DNA of 64,000 nt. Origin: Hemiscyllium ocellatum (lineage: Eukaryota). The stretch lies in contig NC_083428.1 of assembly GCF_020745735.1 (NCBI RefSeq), forward strand, positions 39,866,001 to 39,930,000, in the 5' to 3' direction. Position numbers and translations under genes: made by a program. Each line of letters opens with the position of its first letter. Position 1 is the stretch's first letter. This document shows, in pieces, positions 61,972 through 64,000 of the stretch. The notes below the pieces were generated by a model. That model was given only the letters and a program-made list of their open reading frames with translations, was not told where the DNA came from and made no database searches.

Positions 61972-62509
61972 CTGTACCATTTCTATGTTCTAGAAGACAG
62001 TTAAGTGTCCACTAGGTCATTGCTCGCTCTAGACAGTCATCCTGCTTTGCAGTTTCACCAGATTGACCCCTAATTTTTCAGTATGTTTTATGTTGCTCCA
62101 AGCATGCCCTCCTGTACTCTTCATTGAGCCAGGGTTGAATGTCTGCTTTGATGTATGACTACAGTGGGGGGAATAGGCTGGGACATGAGGTTGCGGATTG
62201 GAGTATGATTTTTTTGCTGCTGATGACCCCCAGTGCATTATGGGTACCTAGTATTGGGTTGGTAGATCTATTCAAAATCTGTCCCATTTAGCATGGTTTG
62301 TAAAAGGTAGATGTGTCTGCACAGCAGTGTCTTCTGATGTACTCTTGCAATCTACCTCAGCAAATTTGTGCCTCATGTCTTCATAATTTTGCTTATTACA
62401 AGTTAGCCCTCTTCAATCAGATTGAACTCCATCACTTTCAAACACAATGTTTTCAGGCTACTAAGCCTGTACAGGTCAGACTGTTCACATCAACAGAAAA
62501 GGGAACAAT

Positions 62510-64000
62510 ATAAGAAAGGCTGAATAGGCTGGGGCTGTTTTCTCTGGAGCGTTGGTGGCTAAGGGGTGACTTATAGAATCATGAGGGGCTTGGATAGGAT
62601 AAATAGACAAGGACTTTTCCCTGGGTTGGGGAGTCCAGACCTAGAGGGTATAGGTTGAGGGTAAGGGGGAGATAGGGAGCGAAGCGGTAACATTTTCATG
62701 TAAAGGGTCGTGTGTGTATGGAATGAAATGTCAGAGGAAGTGGTAGAGTCTGGTACAATTACAACATTTAAAAGGCACCTGGATGGGTATATGATTAGGA
62801 GGGGTTTGGAGGAAAATGGGCCAATTGCTGAACAAGATTAATTCAGGATATCTGATCGGCAAGGACGAGTTGGACGTGTTGTATATCTCTAAATGAGTGC
62901 GAGCAGGGTATCTGGATTTTAAACCTACTCTACTCTGCATCAAGGTCATTGCTGTTATGACTAAGACCCTATCTCCATTTTCCTACCCATCCCTCACAAT
63001 TCTAACCTTGACATCCTGGGTTGACAGTAATCTGTTTAACTCAGCCTGGAATATATTATATAAGTGAACCTGCACTGCATTTTGGGGAAAAGAATAATAA
63101 CCCTACAAGAGAAGAAATTACTCATCTTCATCTGAAATGGGAAACCTTTAAATTTTAAACTGTGTTCTCTAGTCTGGATTTCCCCATGAGGTGAAATATT
63201 CTCTAAACACCTACCCAATGAAATCCCTGCATTACCTGATATTTCAATCGGATCATCTCATGATTGTCTCAACTCCAAATTGATAGGCCCAATTTCCTTG
63301 ATCTCTCTGTTCAGAAAACAACACTTTCACACCTGGATTCAGCTTTATAAACCTCCTGAGTCCAGTGCAAATCTATTCTTTCTTTAGGAGACCAGACTGC
63401 AAAGAATACTCTTCTTAGAGTCTCACCATTACCCTGAAGGATACAGTCTCCTTAATATTCCATTCCCTTAAATAAATTCCAACTTTTCAATTGCTTCCCT
63501 AATTACTTGCTGTATCTGCATCTTTAGAAAAACTGCCTCAATAATTACCTGCCCTGTCCTGATGGTGTCTCTCACATCCATCATTTGCACTATCTTACCA
63601 AGCACCATTCTTGGAAGAACTCGACACTCAGCAGGTATCTGCTGAAACACCAGCATCTTTTGTCCCACCATCTTTAAAAGTCTGTTGTGAACCTTGATGA
63701 TCACTGACATTCTGAAGGTGCGCTGCCTGTTGACAAACAGTATCTGACAGAATCTGAACATGGCATTGCGTCATAGATTCATACAGCAAGGAAACAGAGC
63801 CTTTGGTCCAACTCGTCCGTAATGACAAGGTACCACTTCCTCTAGTGGTTTGTTCCACACACCCACCAGTCTCTGTGTGAAAAAGATGCTCCTCAGGGTT
63901 CTTTTAAATCCTTTCACTTTCACTATAAACCTATTCCCTCTACTTTCGGACTCCCTTTCCCGGGAAGAAGACTTGGGATATTCATTTATCTATGCCCTCA
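62510..64000. mobile_element. CR1 LINE fragments (plus-strand 3' end to about 62900; minus-strand fragments beyond 63070)
   Basis: Typical shark CR1 3' sequence. Confidence 0.65.

Larger units (their letters stand above)
43823..63068 (+). repeat. Segmental duplication copy 2 (contains IgL cluster 2)
   Basis: Collinear with 9938-35545 apart from copy-specific insertions and deletions. Confidence 0.9.

Noticed and set aside
43823-63068. Second cluster as an uncollapsed allelic haplotig
   Set aside because: Some flanks are only about 80-85% identical, with many copy-specific TE insertions and indels; this is too diverged for alleles.
1-64000. CRISPR arrays, rRNA, RAG-like transposon genes
   Set aside because: None seen; this is vertebrate DNA and the only convincing RSS-type signals flank Ig segments.

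Overview
Eukaryotic, repeat-rich DNA from a cartilaginous fish (shark-type SINE, CR1 and Penelope repeats; a carpet shark is inferred). The core content is two tandem, same-strand immunoglobulin light-chain miniclusters of the sigma-like isotype, each leader-V-(12-RSS)...(23-RSS)-J...C. Cluster 1 spans 19147-26509 and cluster 2 spans 48789-55129. They sit in a segmental duplication (about 9938-35545 vs about 43823-63068) separated by an 8 kb LINE-rich spacer containing a 131-N gap. Only copy 1 carries a 5'-truncated class I endogenous retrovirus (RNase H, integrase, HERV-I/EnvP(b)-like env, complete 3' LTR; 10739-14983); the empty site is visible in copy 2. Both J-C introns hold an antisense Ty3/Gypsy element with LTRs, PBS, PPT and a 5-bp TSD. 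The rest is CR1 LINEs, tRNA-derived SINEs and Penelope-like elements, several with hammerhead-like cores. Most notable: a non-canonical J nonamer, a remodelled J-RSS in cluster 2, CDR-focused V divergence, possible inter-cluster V1-J2 joining, a provirus junction without TSD, and patchy identity between the duplicates. All alignments and counts were done by eye; repeat boundaries are approximate unless a TSD is given.
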